A stretch of 64,000 nt of DNA from an uncultured cyanobacterium (GTDB taxonomy: Bacteria; Cyanobacteriota; Cyanobacteriia; PCC-6307; Cyanobiaceae), in contig CAVONQ010000018.1 of NCBI GenBank assembly GCA_963697335.1, positions 478,745 to 542,744 on the forward strand, given 5' to 3'. Below are positions 8,731 through 20,129 of this stretch, one piece after another (position 1 is the stretch's first letter; every line of letters begins with the position of its first letter). The position numbers were made by a program, and so were the translations under genes. The notes under the pieces were generated by a model. The model saw only the letters and a list, made by a program, of their open reading frames with translations, was not told where the DNA came from and did not search any database.

Positions 8731-11700
8731 TCAGCCGGTGTTGCGCATGCCGGCGGCGATGCCGTTGATGGTGAGCAGGGCGCCGCGCAGCAGTTCACTG
8801 CGGCTGTAGGTGCGGCCGTCGGAACCGCTCCCTGTAGCTTCGCGCATCGGTGGTTGCCGGTTCTGGTCCCGCAACCGCCGCAGCAGGGCCACCTGCAGGA
8901 AGCCGAGGGGCACGATCGTGCGGTTGCGCAGGTCAACCGAAAGCTGCAGAGCCGGATCGCCATCGAGGAGTCGCTGGTGACCGGTGATGGCCAGCACCAG
9001 GTCGCGGGTGAGGTCGAACTCGGCGGCGATGGTCTGGAAGATCTGCTCGAAGGCCTCCCGCCGCTCGGGTCGTCCCAGGGCCTGCACGTAGTGGTGGGCC
9101 AGGTCGATGTCGACCTTCGAGAGGGTCATCTCCACCTTGGAGATCAACATCCGAAAGAAGGGCCAGCGCTGGTAGAGCAGGCGCAGCAGCTCGATCTGGC
9201 CAGGGTCGTGATCGAGCTCCTCCTGCAGGGCGGCCCCCACCCCGAACCAACTTGGGAGCAGGAAGCGACTCTGGGTCCAGCCGAACACCCAGGGAATGGC
9301 CCGCAGGCTGGAGAGGTCCTTGGCGCCACTCTTGCGCCGCGCCGGCCGGCTCGAAATCTGCAGCTTGCTGATCTCCTCGATGGGGGTGCATTGCTGAAAG
9401 AACGCCACCAGATCGGGGTTGTCGTGCACCAGGGCCCGGTAGAAATCGCGGGAGCGGGCGGCCAGGCGGCCCATCAGCTCGTTCCAGCTGGGCGTGTTGT
9501 CCACCGGGGTGCTCACCAGGCTGTTCTGCAGCACCGCAGTGGTGAGGGTTTCGAGGTTGTAGAGGGCCAGCTCCGGCAGGGAGTATTTGGAGGCGAGCAC
9601 CTCGCCCTGCTCGGTGATCTTGATGCGGCCACTGAGGGTGCCACTGGGCTGGGCCAGCACCGCCTGGTAGGCCGGCCCACCGCCCCGGCTCACGGAGCCG
9701 CCGCGGCCGTGGAAGATGCGCAGCGCCACATCGTGCTGAGTGGCGAGTTGCTGCAGGGCGATCTGGGCCTTGTGGATCTCCCAGTTGCTGGAGAGGAAGC
9801 CGGAATCCTTGTTGCTGTCGGAGTAGCCGAGCATCACCTCCTGCAGGGGCTGGCTGGCCTCGCTGGAGGTGAGCAGCCGACGGTAGAAGGGCTGGCTGAA
9901 CAGCTGGCCCATCACGGCCGGGGCACGCTGGAGGTCTTCCACCGTCTCGAACAGGGGCACCACCAGCAGGCTGGTGGTCTGGGCCACCGGATCCACCAGT
10001 CCGGCCTCCTTGGCCAGCACCAGCACCTCCAGCAGGTCAGACACCGTGTGACTCATGGAGATCACATAGGTGCTGCAGATGCGGCAGCCGAACTCCTGCT
10101 GCAGCCGCTGCAGCATCCGCAGGACGGCGAAGGTCTCGGTGGTGGCGGCGCTCCAGCTGGCGGCGGGGGGAAACAGGGGACGGCGGGTCTGCAGCTCGGC
10201 CAGCAACCAGGTCACCCGCTCCTCCTCTTCCATCTCGCCGTAGGGAGTGGGCAACTGCAGGTAGCGGCTGAGCTCGTCGAGGGCGTCGCTGTGGCGGGTG
10301 CTCTCCTGGCGCACGTCCAGGCTGGCCAGGCAAAAGGCAAAGATCTGCACCTGGCTGATCAGGTGCTGCAGGGACTCGCAGCTCAGGCCGGTGCCCTCCA
10401 GGCTCTGCAGCACCAGCTCCAGATCGGTGCGGAAGTCGTCCACCGAGGCGTAGTGGAGGTCCTGGAGGCCAGGGCCCACGGCCAGGTTGCCGCCGATGCC
10501 GGGCACGGCGGCCAGGCCGTCGCAGGGCGATTCCCAGCCGGTGTCCGCCAGCAGCTGGTTGCGCTCCTGGGTGAGGTGCAGCCGCTCCAGCACGTAGCTG
10601 AGCTTGAGGCGGTAGGGCTCGAGCCGGTAGCGGGCGGCGCGCTCCTCGTAGATGTCCGGAAAGCGCAGCCGGTCCATCTCCAGCGACTCCAGCAGTGCCG
10701 GGCTCACCTGGCTCCACTGCATCGAGATGCTGAGCTGATCGCGCAGCTCTCCCACCGCCTTCACGTAGCGCTCCAGCATCAGCTGGCGCTGAAAACAGGC
10801 GGTGCGCCAGGTGATGTCGGGGGTCACGGAGGGGTTGCCATCCCGGTCGGATCCCACCCAGGAGCCGAAGGTGCAGAAGGAGTCGCGAGGGGGTTCCACA
10901 TCCGGATAGCTGTCGGCCAGCGCCCCGGAGATGCGCACCCGCAGCAACGGCATCGCCTCGAACAGAACCTCCTGGAAGAAATGGAGGGCGTAGTCGACCT
11001 CATCCAGCACGGTCGGCTTGAACTGGTGCAGTTCATCGGTGCGCCACCACAGGCGGATTTCCTCCTCCAGTTGCAAGCGCAGGCTCTGGCGCTCAACCCG
11101 GTTGAGGTCGCTCTCCTGCTGAAGCTTCTGGATCAGGGTGGCCACCCGCCGTTGCTTGTGACGCACCGTGTGGCGCACGATCTCGGTGGGATGGGCCGTG
11201 AACACCAGCCGCAGATCCAGATTGCGCAGCAGGTTTTCGATCTGGGCCGGCGGTACGTTGAGGTTGCGCAGGCGCTCGAACAGCTGGCGGAACGTGGCCG
11301 GCTCAGTCTGGCTGGCCAGGGGTGGCAGGAAGGGATCGCTGGAGAGCGTTTCCGACAGGGACTTGAGGCTGTCGAGGTAGGTGTCTTCCTCGATGTGCTG
11401 CTCGAGGATGTTGACGAGCTGGAAATAGAGAGAGAAGGCCCGGGCGGCGGCAATGGCCTCGGCCAGATCCATCTCCCGGATCAGCTGCACGATGGCCGAG
11501 CTGGTGTCCATGCCGGAGGCATCGCCTTCGGCCGCGGCGGCGCCGTCGTCCTCGAGGGGATCACTGAGGCGCTTCAGCCGCAGCAGGCGTTCGGCGTGGT
11601 GGGGCGGACACTCGCTGCGCAGCACCGTCTGCCAGAGGTCTTCGACGAGCTCAAGACGCTCACCCAGCAGGCGGGTCGCCCGGCGGGAGGGTTCGGCGAC

Positions 11701-11757
11701 AGGGGGCACCATCTGCCGCATGAAGGCTGGAGTGTCGTGACTTGTGCTGGAGATCAT
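8731..11757 (-). CDS. ppc: Phosphoenolpyruvate carboxylase
   Basis: [52 protein letters not shown] and a C-terminal GMRNTG. Confidence 0.98.
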   Translation of the reverse strand: MISSTSHDTPAFMRQMVPPVAEPSRRATRLLGERLELVEDLWQTVLRSECPPHHAERLLRLKRLSDPLEDDGAAAAEGDASGMDTSSAIVQLIREMDLAEAIAAARAFSLYFQLVNILEQHIEEDTYLDSLKSLSETLSSDPFLPPLASQTEPATFRQLFERLRNLNVPPAQIENLLRNLDLRLVFTAHPTEIVRHTVRHKQRRVATLIQKLQQESDLNRVERQSLRLQLEEEIRLWWRTDELHQFKPTVLDEVDYALHFFQEVLFEAMPLLRVRISGALADSYPDVEPPRDSFCTFGSWVGSDRDGNPSVTPDITWRTACFQRQLMLERYVKAVGELRDQLSISMQWSQVSPALLESLEMDRLRFPDIYEERAARYRLEPYRLKLSYVLERLHLTQERNQLLADTGWESPCDGLAAVPGIGGNLAVGPGLQDLHYASVDDFRTDLELVLQSLEGTGLSCESLQHLISQVQIFAFCLASLDVRQESTRHSDALDELSRYLQLPTPYGEMEEEERVTWLLAELQTRRPLFPPAASWSAATTETFAVLRMLQRLQQEFGCRICSTYVISMSHTVSDLLEVLVLAKEAGLVDPVAQTTSLLVVPLFETVEDLQRAPAVMGQLFSQPFYRRLLTSSEASQPLQEVMLGYSDSNKDSGFLSSNWEIHKAQIALQQLATQHDVALRIFHGRGGSVSRGGGPAYQAVLAQPSGTLSGRIKITEQGEVLASKYSLPELALYNLETLTTAVLQNSLVSTPVDNTPSWNELMGRLAARSRDFYRALVHDNPDLVAFFQQCTPIEEISKLQISSRPARRKSGAKDLSSLRAIPWVFGWTQSRFLLPSWFGVGAALQEELDHDPGQIELLRLLYQRWPFFRMLISKVEMTLSKVDIDLAHHYVQALGRPERREAFEQIFQTIAAEFDLTRDLVLAITGHQRLLDGDPALQLSVDLRNRTIVPLGFLQVALLRRLRDQNRQPPMREATGSGSDGRTYSRSELLRGALLTINGIAAGMRNTG

Positions 11758-12938
11758 CCCAAACGACCCGGGGCAGGGTCTGTGCCCATCGTGGCGGCCA
11801 GTTGCTGCTCCTGCACCGCCATGTCAATGATGTCTTCGCTCAGAATCGCACGAATCGACGCGCCGCTTCGCTGGCGGCGCAGCCAGTCCATGGCCTGATT
11901 GCCCTGGTGCAGCAGCGCCATGAGCGGGGCGAGCCGATCGCCCAGGCCCAGCTCCCGGGCCAGCGGGGCCGCTTCCTCCAGGATCTGCCGGATCCAGGCC
12001 CGGGCTTCAATCGTGCTGCCGTCGCGCCAGTGGCGCAGGGGGGCGTCGAGGCTGGAGCGGGCTGCGGCCTGGTCGTTGGCATCGGCGAGCAGGGCCAACT
12101 CCGAGGGGTCAAGGCTGCTGGCACGGAACGGGTCGCAGGTCTGGGGATCCCGTTGCACCTGCCACAGCCGCAGCTCCGCCAGGGCCGTGATCGCCAGCAG
12201 CACCTGCGGGTCGCTCACCAGATCGCAGATGCGGATCTCGAGGCGATTGAGGTCGTAGGGGCGATCGTCGCCATTGGGCCGCACGGATGTCCAGAGATGC
12301 CGCACGTTCTGCATCGTGCCGGCCTGGAGCTGCTGCTCCATCCAGGTGACGTAGTGGGCGTGGTCGCGGAACAGGGGCACCCGCTCCGGCGTCAGGGGGA
12401 ACTGCAGCCAGCGCTGGGAATGGGCGCCGGTGGCGGCACCGTCGAGGAAGGGGGAGCTGGCGCTGAGGGCGAGCAACAGGGCGGCCTCGCAGCGCAGCAG
12501 CCTCAGACCGGCGAACAGGGGCTCCATGGCCGTGAGGCCCAGGTTGATGTGCACGCTGGCGGTCACCACCCGGGTGCCGTAGGTGCGCTCGATGTAGTGG
12601 TGGTAAGGGTTGTCGGGGTCGGAGCGCTCGAAGCGGCGGCTGTCCCCCAGGCTCAGGGTGCTGCCGGGCAGCAGCGTCAGCCCGCGCTGCTGCAACCAGC
12701 GGCGCAGCCGCAGCCGTGGTTCCAGCAGCAGGGCCAGCTGCTGGTCGTAGTCGGCCTCCGGGGCGGTGACGTATTCCAGATTGCGCCGGTCGGGCTCGGT
12801 GACAAACCCCTCCAGGGCCGCGGCCACATCGGACGAACAGCCCACCACCGTGCCGTCGGGCCTGCCGGTGTAGAGCTCCACCTCGAAGCCCTTGAGCATC
12901 AGCGCAGGCGTCATGGCTGGGGCGGCAGGGTGGCTCAC
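11754..12938 (-). CDS. gshA: Glutamate--cysteine ligase (cyanobacterial GCS2 type)
   Basis: [26 protein letters not shown] and [10 protein letters not shown] motifs. Confidence 0.9.
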   Translation of the reverse strand: MSHPAAPAMTPALMLKGFEVELYTGRPDGTVVGCSSDVAAALEGFVTEPDRRNLEYVTAPEADYDQQLALLLEPRLRLRRWLQQRGLTLLPGSTLSLGDSRRFERSDPDNPYHHYIERTYGTRVVTASVHINLGLTAMEPLFAGLRLLRCEAALLLALSASSPFLDGAATGAHSQRWLQFPLTPERVPLFRDHAHYVTWMEQQLQAGTMQNVRHLWTSVRPNGDDRPYDLNRLEIRICDLVSDPQVLLAITALAELRLWQVQRDPQTCDPFRASSLDPSELALLADANDQAAARSSLDAPLRHWRDGSTIEARAWIRQILEEAAPLARELGLGDRLAPLMALLHQGNQAMDWLRRQRSGASIRAILSEDIIDMAVQEQQLAATMGTDPAPGRLG

Positions 12939-14455
12939 GCCAGGCAGGCCAGGGCCTTGAGCATGCCCCGGGCCTTGTTGAGGGTTTCATGGAACTCCGC
13001 CTCGGGCCTGGAGTCGGCCACCAGGCCGGCACCGGCCTGCACCTGCACCCGCCAGCTGCCGTTCTGGCCCGGCTGCACCACCATCGTGCGGATGGTGATG
13101 GCGGTGTTGAGGGCGCCCCCGAGGTCCACGGCGCCGTACACCCCGGAGTAGGGCCCCCTGGCGTCGGGTTCGAGGGCATGGATCAGCTGCATGGCCCGGA
13201 TCTTGGGAGCGCCGCTGACCGTACCTGCCGGGAAGGCCGCCATCAGCAGATCCCAGACGCTGTGCCCGTCGCCCAGCAGTCCTTCCACCTGGCTCACGAT
13301 GTGCATGACGTGGGAGTAGCGCTCAATCACCATCAGATCGGTCACGGTCACGCTGCCGGGGCGGCAGACACGGCCGAGGTCATTGCGGCCCAGATCAACC
13401 AGCATCACGTGTTCGGCCCGCTCCTTGGGATCGGCCAGCAGCTCGGCCTCCAGGGCCTGGTCGCCCGCCTCGTCGGCACCCCGGGGCCGGGTGCCGGCGA
13501 TCGGCCGCAGGGAGGCCCGAATGCCGCCGCCCTCGATCGGCTCGGCCTTCACCATCACCTCGGGGCTGGAGCCGATCAGATACCAGCCGCCGAAGTTGAA
13601 GAACGCCATGTAGGGCGAGGGGTTCACCATCCGCAGACTGCGGTAGAGCTCGAAGGGATCGCGGGCAATCGTGGTTTCAAGCCGCTGGCTCAGCACCAGC
13701 TGAAACACATCGCCTGCGGCGATGTGCTCCCGCGAGCGCACCACGGCCGCCTCGAAATCGGCCTGGCTGCGGTTGCTGCGGGTGGGCAGATCGGTGCCGC
13801 TGCGTTCATGCCACTGCAGCGGCACCACCCCGGCGGGCAGGGGTTCCTGCATGCGCTGCTCCAGGGCGGCGATCCGGGCGGCGGCGGCGGCGTGGGCTTC
13901 GGCCGGATCGCCCCCCCGGCTGAGGTCGGCGTAGGCGACCGCGGTGATCTGGCGCTTCACCTGGTCGAACACGAGCAGGCTGTCGGCAAGCATCCAGCAA
14001 CCATCCGGAGGCCCCTGGGGATCGGCGGGGTGCACGGGCACGCTCGGCTCGATCCACTGGATCAGCTCATAGCCCCAGAAGCCGAACAGGTGGCCCGCCG
14101 GTGGCAGGCCTGGCACCGGGGCGCTACTCAGGGGGCTGAGACAGTCCTGCAGCAGCTCAAACGGGTTGCCGCCCAGCTGCTCGCTGCGGCCGTCCCGCCA
14201 CTGGCGCTGGCTGCTGTCCCCGCGGCTGGTGAGGGTCCAGAGCGGCTCACTCACCACGTAGCTCCAGCGGCCGATCCGTTCTCCCCCCTCCACCGACTCC
14301 AGCAGCACCCCATGGCTGCTGCCGGCCCCCACTTTCAGCCAGGTGGTCAGAGGCGTCTCCAGGTCTGCCGGCCAGCGCTTCCAGACGGGGATGAAGGTGA
14401 GCCCGGCGGCCACCTGATCCAGGAAGGAGGGGTCCAGGTGATCGGAGGGGGACAT
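12935..14455 (-). CDS. trpE: Anthranilate synthase component I
   Basis: LLESVEGGERIGRWS, NPSPYM, PIAGTRPRG, KERAEHVMLVDLGRNDLG and GTVSGAPK motifs. Confidence 0.95.
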   Translation of the reverse strand: MSPSDHLDPSFLDQVAAGLTFIPVWKRWPADLETPLTTWLKVGAGSSHGVLLESVEGGERIGRWSYVVSEPLWTLTSRGDSSQRQWRDGRSEQLGGNPFELLQDCLSPLSSAPVPGLPPAGHLFGFWGYELIQWIEPSVPVHPADPQGPPDGCWMLADSLLVFDQVKRQITAVAYADLSRGGDPAEAHAAAAARIAALEQRMQEPLPAGVVPLQWHERSGTDLPTRSNRSQADFEAAVVRSREHIAAGDVFQLVLSQRLETTIARDPFELYRSLRMVNPSPYMAFFNFGGWYLIGSSPEVMVKAEPIEGGGIRASLRPIAGTRPRGADEAGDQALEAELLADPKERAEHVMLVDLGRNDLGRVCRPGSVTVTDLMVIERYSHVMHIVSQVEGLLGDGHSVWDLLMAAFPAGTVSGAPKIRAMQLIHALEPDARGPYSGVYGAVDLGGALNTAITIRTMVVQPGQNGSWRVQVQAGAGLVADSRPEAEFHETLNKARGMLKALACLA

Positions 14456-14471
14456 CGAGGAACCGGCGGGC

Positions 14472-14496
14472 AAAAAAAACGGGGCGCCGGGCCCCG
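14472..14496 (-). terminator. Intrinsic terminator after psaD
   Basis: Plus strand A8 then CGGGGC-GCCGG-GCCCCG, which is a hairpin plus U8 on the minus strand. Confidence 0.85.
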
Positions 14497-14547
14497 CCTT
14501 TCTAAGTGTTCAAGACCAACAGCCAGGCCGTGGCGCAGCCGCTCAGC

Positions 14548-14979
14548 TCAGGCGTCGAAGGTGTTCTTGCCGGTGAACTTGAGGTTGGCGGGATTGGTGT
14601 TGGCGCCGATGGAGCGGGGGTTGTGACCCACGATCGGACGACCCTCGTTCACCTTCTCGGGGAACACACCATCCTTGGGATGCAGGTATTCGGTGTCGCC
14701 GCCGGGGAAGATCCGGTAGATCTTGTAGTCCTCGATGCGGGGCTTGAACTTGGTGCGCAGCTGGGTGCCCAGGGCCAGGCACTGCTCCTTGCGGGCGAAA
14801 TACATGATGTTTTCGCCCTCATTCATCTCGGCGGCGCCGCCGGTGGGCAGTTCAAAGGCCTGGGCCTTGGAACTGGTCCAGGTGATGGCGTACTTCTCTT
14901 CAGTTTCGGCGGCGTTGAGCAGGCCGCCGGTGCTGCCGATGTACTTGGGGAGTTGACCGGTCAGTGCCGTTGCTGTCAT
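14548..14979 (-). CDS. psaD: Photosystem I subunit II
   Basis: GSTGGLL...EEKYAITW...FELPTGGAA...RKEQCLALG...[15 protein letters not shown]. Confidence 0.98.
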   Translation of the reverse strand: MTATALTGQLPKYIGSTGGLLNAAETEEKYAITWTSSKAQAFELPTGGAAEMNEGENIMYFARKEQCLALGTQLRTKFKPRIEDYKIYRIFPGGDTEYLHPKDGVFPEKVNEGRPIVGHNPRSIGANTNPANLKFTGKNTFDA

Positions 14980-15014
14980 GACGCGTTCAGGTGTCGGCAG
15001 ACTGTTTCAGGCGG

Positions 15015-15078
15015 AAACTAGCACCGTGGTTTTGGCGCCCTGGCCGGCGCTCCACCAGTCTTCACACCCGTCAACAAA
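15015..15078 (-). promoter_or_regulatory. Candidate psaD promoter with degenerate HLR1-like repeats
   Basis: -10 TAGTTT (15015-15020); 10-nt-spaced plus-strand half-sites TTCACACC (15061) and TCAACAAA (15071). Confidence 0.35.
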
Positions 15079-15106
15079 ACCCCTCGACGCCGATGGGGGC
15101 ATCTGC

Positions 15107-16468
15107 TCAGGCGGTCGGCACGTAGAGCGGAAAGAACACGGTGAGCCCACTGCCGCTGCGCTCGGTGAGCCGCCCGCCGAGGCGCTCGAACAACTGCTGG
15201 GTGGCCTGGCGACTGAGCTGCAGGCTGCCGGTGCTCGGGTCCCAGCTCAGCACCGGCCCCACCAGCTCCCGTCCCCGCGGTGGCGGTTCGCCGGAGGCGG
15301 GCGCTGGGCCAGCGCTGCTCAGTTGCAGTTTCAGCCGCGCCCCGGCCGGCTGCAGCGCCAGCCGCACGCGGGTACCGGCCGGCAGGCTGCGGCTGAAGCG
15401 GTCAATCAGGCCGCCCAGCATCGTTTCCAGTCGCGCTGGATCACTGAGCACCTGGGGCAGTCCAGGGGTGATCTGGAGGTCCAGCGTCAGGTCACGCCGC
15501 GCCAGCTGGCGCTGCCACAGCCCTTTGAGCTGGTCCAGCAGCGCGCTGAGGTCAGTGCGGGCCAGGGGTAGATCGGCAGGGGCCTGCCCCCGCCCCAGGG
15601 GGCGCTGCAACTCCGCTGCCAGAAAGATGAGGCCGAAGCGATCGATCTGCTCACTGCACTCGCCATCGATGTGCTCCAGGCGCTGGCGCACCACGGCTGG
15701 CAGGTCGCTGCGGCGCAGCAGGGAGCGGATCAGGGTGCGGATCGTGGCCAGGGGTGTGCGCACCTCGTGGGTGAGGGCCTCGAGCAGGGCCAGCTCACTG
15801 GCCTGGGCTGCTGAGCTGGCCGGCGCCAGGGGCTGCAGAGTCAGGCTCGGCGCGATGCTGGCCAGCCGGTTGGCCAGCCGGGGCCAGAAGCGCAGCCCCA
15901 GGGAGGGCTCACTGTGCAGCGGGCCCAGCCGCTGTACGGCCGTCCGCAGGTCCAGGGCGGCGGCAGGATCGGTGTGCTCCAGCCGCTGGTGAATCAGCGA
16001 GAGGGCCTCCGAGAGCACCTCAGGGTCGAAGCGCACCACGAGGCGGCGGCCCTCGGCTGGCCCATCCAGGCACAGGGCCACCTGGAGTTTGGGCGTCACG
16101 ATCACCAGCAGTGGGTCGTCGCCGTCGCCTTCCTCCAGCAGCAGTCGGTGGTAGCGGCCGCCGGGGTCGGCGGCGCGGCTCTGGCTTGTGGCGGACTGCA
16201 GCAGCCGCGGCGGCCTGGGGGGCAGCAGGGTGTCGAGCGCTGTCGGACTCCACACCCACCCCTGGAGCCGCTGCAACAGGGCGGGCTCATAGAGGGCGGG
16301 CAGGGGGGCGGCCAGCCACAGCCCGGATACCTCCTCCAGGGGAAGCAGAAAATCCTCCTGCAGGGTGGCCAGGGCTGCCCACCACTGGCGCCGCGCAGCA
16401 TCGTCCGTGCTGGTTCCTGGGGGGACCTCAGCGGTGAGGCAGTGCCGCAGCTCAAGCAGGCTCACCAA
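15107..16468 (-). CDS. Atypical sensor histidine kinase (Hik34-like)
   Basis: H-box LTHEVRTPLATIRTL; the C-terminal HATPase-like region lacks canonical N, G1 and G2 boxes. Confidence 0.75.
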   Translation of the reverse strand: MVSLLELRHCLTAEVPPGTSTDDAARRQWWAALATLQEDFLLPLEEVSGLWLAAPLPALYEPALLQRLQGWVWSPTALDTLLPPRPPRLLQSATSQSRAADPGGRYHRLLLEEGDGDDPLLVIVTPKLQVALCLDGPAEGRRLVVRFDPEVLSEALSLIHQRLEHTDPAAALDLRTAVQRLGPLHSEPSLGLRFWPRLANRLASIAPSLTLQPLAPASSAAQASELALLEALTHEVRTPLATIRTLIRSLLRRSDLPAVVRQRLEHIDGECSEQIDRFGLIFLAAELQRPLGRGQAPADLPLARTDLSALLDQLKGLWQRQLARRDLTLDLQITPGLPQVLSDPARLETMLGGLIDRFSRSLPAGTRVRLALQPAGARLKLQLSSAGPAPASGEPPPRGRELVGPVLSWDPSTGSLQLSRQATQQLFERLGGRLTERSGSGLTVFFPLYVPTA

Positions 16469-16480
16469 GGTGGGTTCTCC

Positions 16481-17758
16481 TTACCGGCGGCTCGGGGAGG
16501 TTCGGCCCCGCCGAGCCACCGACGCGCACAGCCCGAGGGCCATGAAGTTCATCAGCATGGCGGAGCGGCCGTAGCTGAGGAAGGGCAGGGGAATGCCGGT
16601 GATGGGCCCCAGACCGATCGTCATGTTGATGTTCACCACCACCTGGAACATCAGCATGGCGCCGATGCCCACCACCACCAGGGATTCGACATCGCTGCGA
16701 GCCCTGCCGGCGATCTGGAGCAGGCGCCACATCAGCAGCACAAAGCCGAGCACCACGAGCACCGAACCGAGGAAACCGGTTTCCTCGCCGAGGGCGCTGA
16801 AGATGAAATCGGTGTGCTGCTCCGGGATGAAGCGCAGCTTGGTGAGGGCCCCCTGCATCAGGCCGGTGCCCCAGAGCTGGCCACTGCCGATGCCCACCGT
16901 GCTCTGCAGCAGGTGGTAGCCACCGCCAAGCGGATCCTGGCCGGGGTCGAGGAAGAGGGTGAGGCGATCCCGCTGGTGCGGCCGCAGCCCGTGGGCCCAC
17001 AGCCAGGGGGTGAGCACGGCGAAGAATCCCTGCACGCCCACAGCCACCGCCAGCATCACCCGCTTCCAGGGGAGGCTGGTCCAGGCGAGCCAGCCCATCA
17101 GCGGAATCCAGCCCAGCAACAACCAGGGCAGAGTGCCGGCGGCAATCGCGCTCACCAGGGGGGAGAGCAACAGCACCAGCCAGGCTGCGGGCATGCCGGC
17201 CCAGAACAGCATCACCAGCAGCACGGCGCCGAACACCAGGGACGTGCCCAGGTCGGGCTGGACGAACACGAGCAGCCAGGGCAGCCCGATCAGGCCCACA
17301 GGCCGCAGCAGATCCACGGGCCGCTCCACGGGGTGGCGGGCCAGTACCTCAGCCAGCAGCAGGATCGCCCCGAGCTTGGCGAATTCCGAGGGCTGCACGT
17401 AAAACCCGCCGATGTTGATCCAGCTCTGGGCTCCCAGGGCGCTCACTCCCACCAGCCGCACGGCCACCAGGCTGGCCACCATCGCCGCGTAGATCGGCCA
17501 CTTCAGAGCCACCAGCCGCTCCACGGGGACGCGCGCCAGCAGCAGCGCCACCCCCAGCCCCACCACCCCGGTGACCCAGTGCTGGTACCAGTCGGCGTAG
17601 TTGGCCTGGCGCTGGGTGCTGGCGATCAGTACGCCGGCCAGCAGCACCATCGCCATGGGGATGCCCCAGAGCAGCCAGTCCAGATCGGCCAGCGGCCGCC
17701 TTCGGGCCGAACCTCCCCTGGAGAACAGGCCGCGACCGCGGCGCGTGAGGCTGAGCAT
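16481..17758 (-). CDS. rodA: Rod shape-determining protein RodA (SEDS family)
   Basis: GAQSWI, VQPSEFAK, QPDLGT, IPEQHTDFIFS and TGIPLPFLSYG motifs. Confidence 0.95.
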   Translation of the reverse strand: MLSLTRRGRGLFSRGGSARRRPLADLDWLLWGIPMAMVLLAGVLIASTQRQANYADWYQHWVTGVVGLGVALLLARVPVERLVALKWPIYAAMVASLVAVRLVGVSALGAQSWINIGGFYVQPSEFAKLGAILLLAEVLARHPVERPVDLLRPVGLIGLPWLLVFVQPDLGTSLVFGAVLLVMLFWAGMPAAWLVLLLSPLVSAIAAGTLPWLLLGWIPLMGWLAWTSLPWKRVMLAVAVGVQGFFAVLTPWLWAHGLRPHQRDRLTLFLDPGQDPLGGGYHLLQSTVGIGSGQLWGTGLMQGALTKLRFIPEQHTDFIFSALGEETGFLGSVLVVLGFVLLMWRLLQIAGRARSDVESLVVVGIGAMLMFQVVVNINMTIGLGPITGIPLPFLSYGRSAMLMNFMALGLCASVARRGRTSPSRR

Positions 17759-17767
17759 CCCCTGGGC

Positions 17768-18886
17768 TCAGAGGGGAACGGCTGCCAGGGCCGTCACCCG
17801 CTCCGCCAGGGCCATGAAGCCGCGGGCGGTGGCGGAGTGGGGTGCTGTGAGAACCACAGGGCGACCTCCATCGCCGGCTTCGCGCACCGGCATCTCCAGC
17901 GGCAGTTCAGCCAGCAGGGGAACGCCAGCCTCCTCGGCCAGCCGGGCGCCGCCGCCGCTGCCGAAGATCGGGTAGCGCTTCTCGGGCGCATCGGGGGGGA
18001 TGAAGCCGCTCATGTTTTCCACCACGCCCAGCACGGGAACGCCCATCTGCTGGAACATCGCCAGGCCGCGGCGGGCATCGGCCAAGGACACCTCCTGGGG
18101 CGTGGTGACCACGATCACTCCGGCCATCGGTACCGCCTGGGCGAGGGTGAGTTGGGCGTCACCGGTGCCGGGCGGCAGATCCACCACCACCACGTCCCGT
18201 TCCCCCCAATCCACCTGATAGAGGAACTGGCGGATGATGCCGTTGAGCATCGGGCCCCGCCAGATCACCGGCTGGTTGGCATCGATCAGCAGGCCCATCG
18301 ACACCATGGCGATGCCACAGCTCTCGATCGGCCGCAGCACCTGGGCCGCACCTTCGCCGCTCACTTCCGGTGTGCGGCCGGCCACCCCGAGCATGGTGGG
18401 CGCGTTGGGGCCGTAGATGTCGGCGTCGAGCAAGCCCACCCGCAGGCCCCGTTGGGCCAGGGCGCAGGCGAGGTTCACCGCCACGGTGCTCTTGCCCACG
18501 CCGCCCTTGCCGCTGCTCACGGCGATCACCTGTCTGACCCCAGGGATCTCCTGGCGTTGGGGAGGCTGGCCGGGGGCGCCGCTGGGGCCGTGGCCTGCGG
18601 CGCCGATCGGCGCTCCGGAGGGGGCCGCAGCAGCGGCGCCTGCCTCGGGATGGGCCAGTTCGATCTGAACGTGCTGCACGCCATCGAGGTTGAGCAGGGC
18701 CTCGCGGGCCTCGCTGGCGATCCGGTCGCGCTGGCTCTGGGCAAAACCGGGCAGGGCCAGCCGAATCACGGCCCGGTCACCCTGCAGGCGAGGGTCCTGA
18801 ACCCAGCCCAGCTCGAGCATGGGGCGGCCACTGCCGGCATCGGTGAGGCGGCTGAGGGCGGCACGAGCCTGCTCGACAGTGGCCAT
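17768..18886 (-). CDS. mrp: Mrp/NBP35 (ApbC) Fe-S cluster carrier ATPase
   Basis: [34 protein letters not shown] and GVVENMS motifs. Confidence 0.95.
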   Translation of the reverse strand: MATVEQARAALSRLTDAGSGRPMLELGWVQDPRLQGDRAVIRLALPGFAQSQRDRIASEAREALLNLDGVQHVQIELAHPEAGAAAAAPSGAPIGAAGHGPSGAPGQPPQRQEIPGVRQVIAVSSGKGGVGKSTVAVNLACALAQRGLRVGLLDADIYGPNAPTMLGVAGRTPEVSGEGAAQVLRPIESCGIAMVSMGLLIDANQPVIWRGPMLNGIIRQFLYQVDWGERDVVVVDLPPGTGDAQLTLAQAVPMAGVIVVTTPQEVSLADARRGLAMFQQMGVPVLGVVENMSGFIPPDAPEKRYPIFGSGGGARLAEEAGVPLLAELPLEMPVREAGDGGRPVVLTAPHSATARGFMALAERVTALAAVPL

Positions 18887-19046
18887 CCGATCCGCGTGCA
18901 CAGGCCATTGATCCTAGAAGGCACCTGTCGAGGTACCAGAGGTGCCGGCAGGGTCTTGCGCCGTGACAGTGCCTCTCGAACGCTTGATGGGCGGGCCTGC
19001 GGCCTGAAAGGGTGAAGAGGTTTCAGGCCCCTGGGGGCACGCTGTG

Positions 19047-20129
19047 ATGGAGAAGGCCAAGGTGACGTCCGGCCCCGACGGCGGTGCCCCCGCCACCCTG
19101 ACGCTGGAGCCGCCCCCCGCTGACTCTCGCCAGCGTGCCCGCACCCTGCTGATGGGTCTGCAGGACTCCATCTGCGCCGGACTGGAGCAGCTCGATGGCG
19201 AGGGCCGCTTCGCCGAGGAGAGTTGGGAACGGCCTGAGGGCGGCGGGGGCCGCTCCCGGGTGATGAAGGAGGGCCGCGTCTTCGAGCAGGGCGGCGTGAA
19301 CTTCTCCGAGGTGCAGGGCTCTGAACTGCCGCCTTCGATCCTGAGCCAACGCCCGGAGGCGAAGGGCCACCCCTGGTTCGCCACCGGCACCTCGATGGTG
19401 CTGCACCCCCGCAACCCCTACATCCCCACGGTTCACCTCAACTACCGCTACTTCGAGGCCGGCCCGGTGTGGTGGTTCGGCGGCGGCGCTGACCTCACGC
19501 CCTACTACCCCTTTCTCGAGGATGCCCGTCACTTCCACCGCACCCTCAAGGACGCCTGCGACGGCGTCAATCCCGCCTACTACCCGGTGTTCAAGCCCTG
19601 GTGCGACGAGTATTTCCACCTGAAGCACCGCCAGGAGAGCCGCGGCATCGGCGGGATCTTCTACGACTATCAGGATCCTGGCGGCGTGCTCTACAAGGGC
19701 CAGAACCCCGAGGGCCCGGCCGCGGCGGCGAGCCTGCGGCAGGGGCCGATCAGCCAGAGCTGGGAGCAGCTCTTCGCCCTGGCCACGGCCTGCGGCCAGG
19801 GTTTCCTGCCCAGTTACGTGCCGATCGTGGAGCGCAGGCAGGCCACCCCCTATGGGGATCGGGAGCGGCAGTTCCAGCTCTATCGCCGCGGCCGCTATGT
19901 GGAGTTCAACCTCGTCTTCGACCGGGGCACGATCTTCGGTCTGCAGACCAACGGCCGCACCGAGTCGATCCTGATGTCCCTGCCCCCCCTGGTGCGCTGG
20001 GAGTACGGCTACAGCGCCGAGCCCGGCAGCCGCGAGGCCCTGCTCACGGAGGTGTTCACCCGCCCCCAGAACTGGCTGGACGACTCCTCCCTGGAGCTGC
20101 GCTGCGCGCCGCATCAGGCGCTGGGCTGA
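19047..20129 (+). CDS. hemF: Oxygen-dependent coproporphyrinogen III oxidase
   Basis: [28 protein letters not shown] and [20 protein letters not shown] motifs. Confidence 0.97.
   Translation: MEKAKVTSGPDGGAPATLTLEPPPADSRQRARTLLMGLQDSICAGLEQLDGEGRFAEESWERPEGGGGRSRVMKEGRVFEQGGVNFSEVQGSELPPSILSQRPEAKGHPWFATGTSMVLHPRNPYIPTVHLNYRYFEAGPVWWFGGGADLTPYYPFLEDARHFHRTLKDACDGVNPAYYPVFKPWCDEYFHLKHRQESRGIGGIFYDYQDPGGVLYKGQNPEGPAAAASLRQGPISQSWEQLFALATACGQGFLPSYVPIVERRQATPYGDRERQFQLYRRGRYVEFNLVFDRGTIFGLQTNGRTESILMSLPPLVRWEYGYSAEPGSREALLTEVFTRPQNWLDDSSLELRCAPHQALG

Noticed and set aside
8719..11898. 1059-aa plus-strand ORF, and similar long ORFs such as 15914-19015, 44864-46630 and 12989-14626
   Set aside because: Antisense shadows of well-supported genes (ppc, rodA/mrp, rpsA, trpE). 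They are expected from high-GC codon bias and carry no family motifs.
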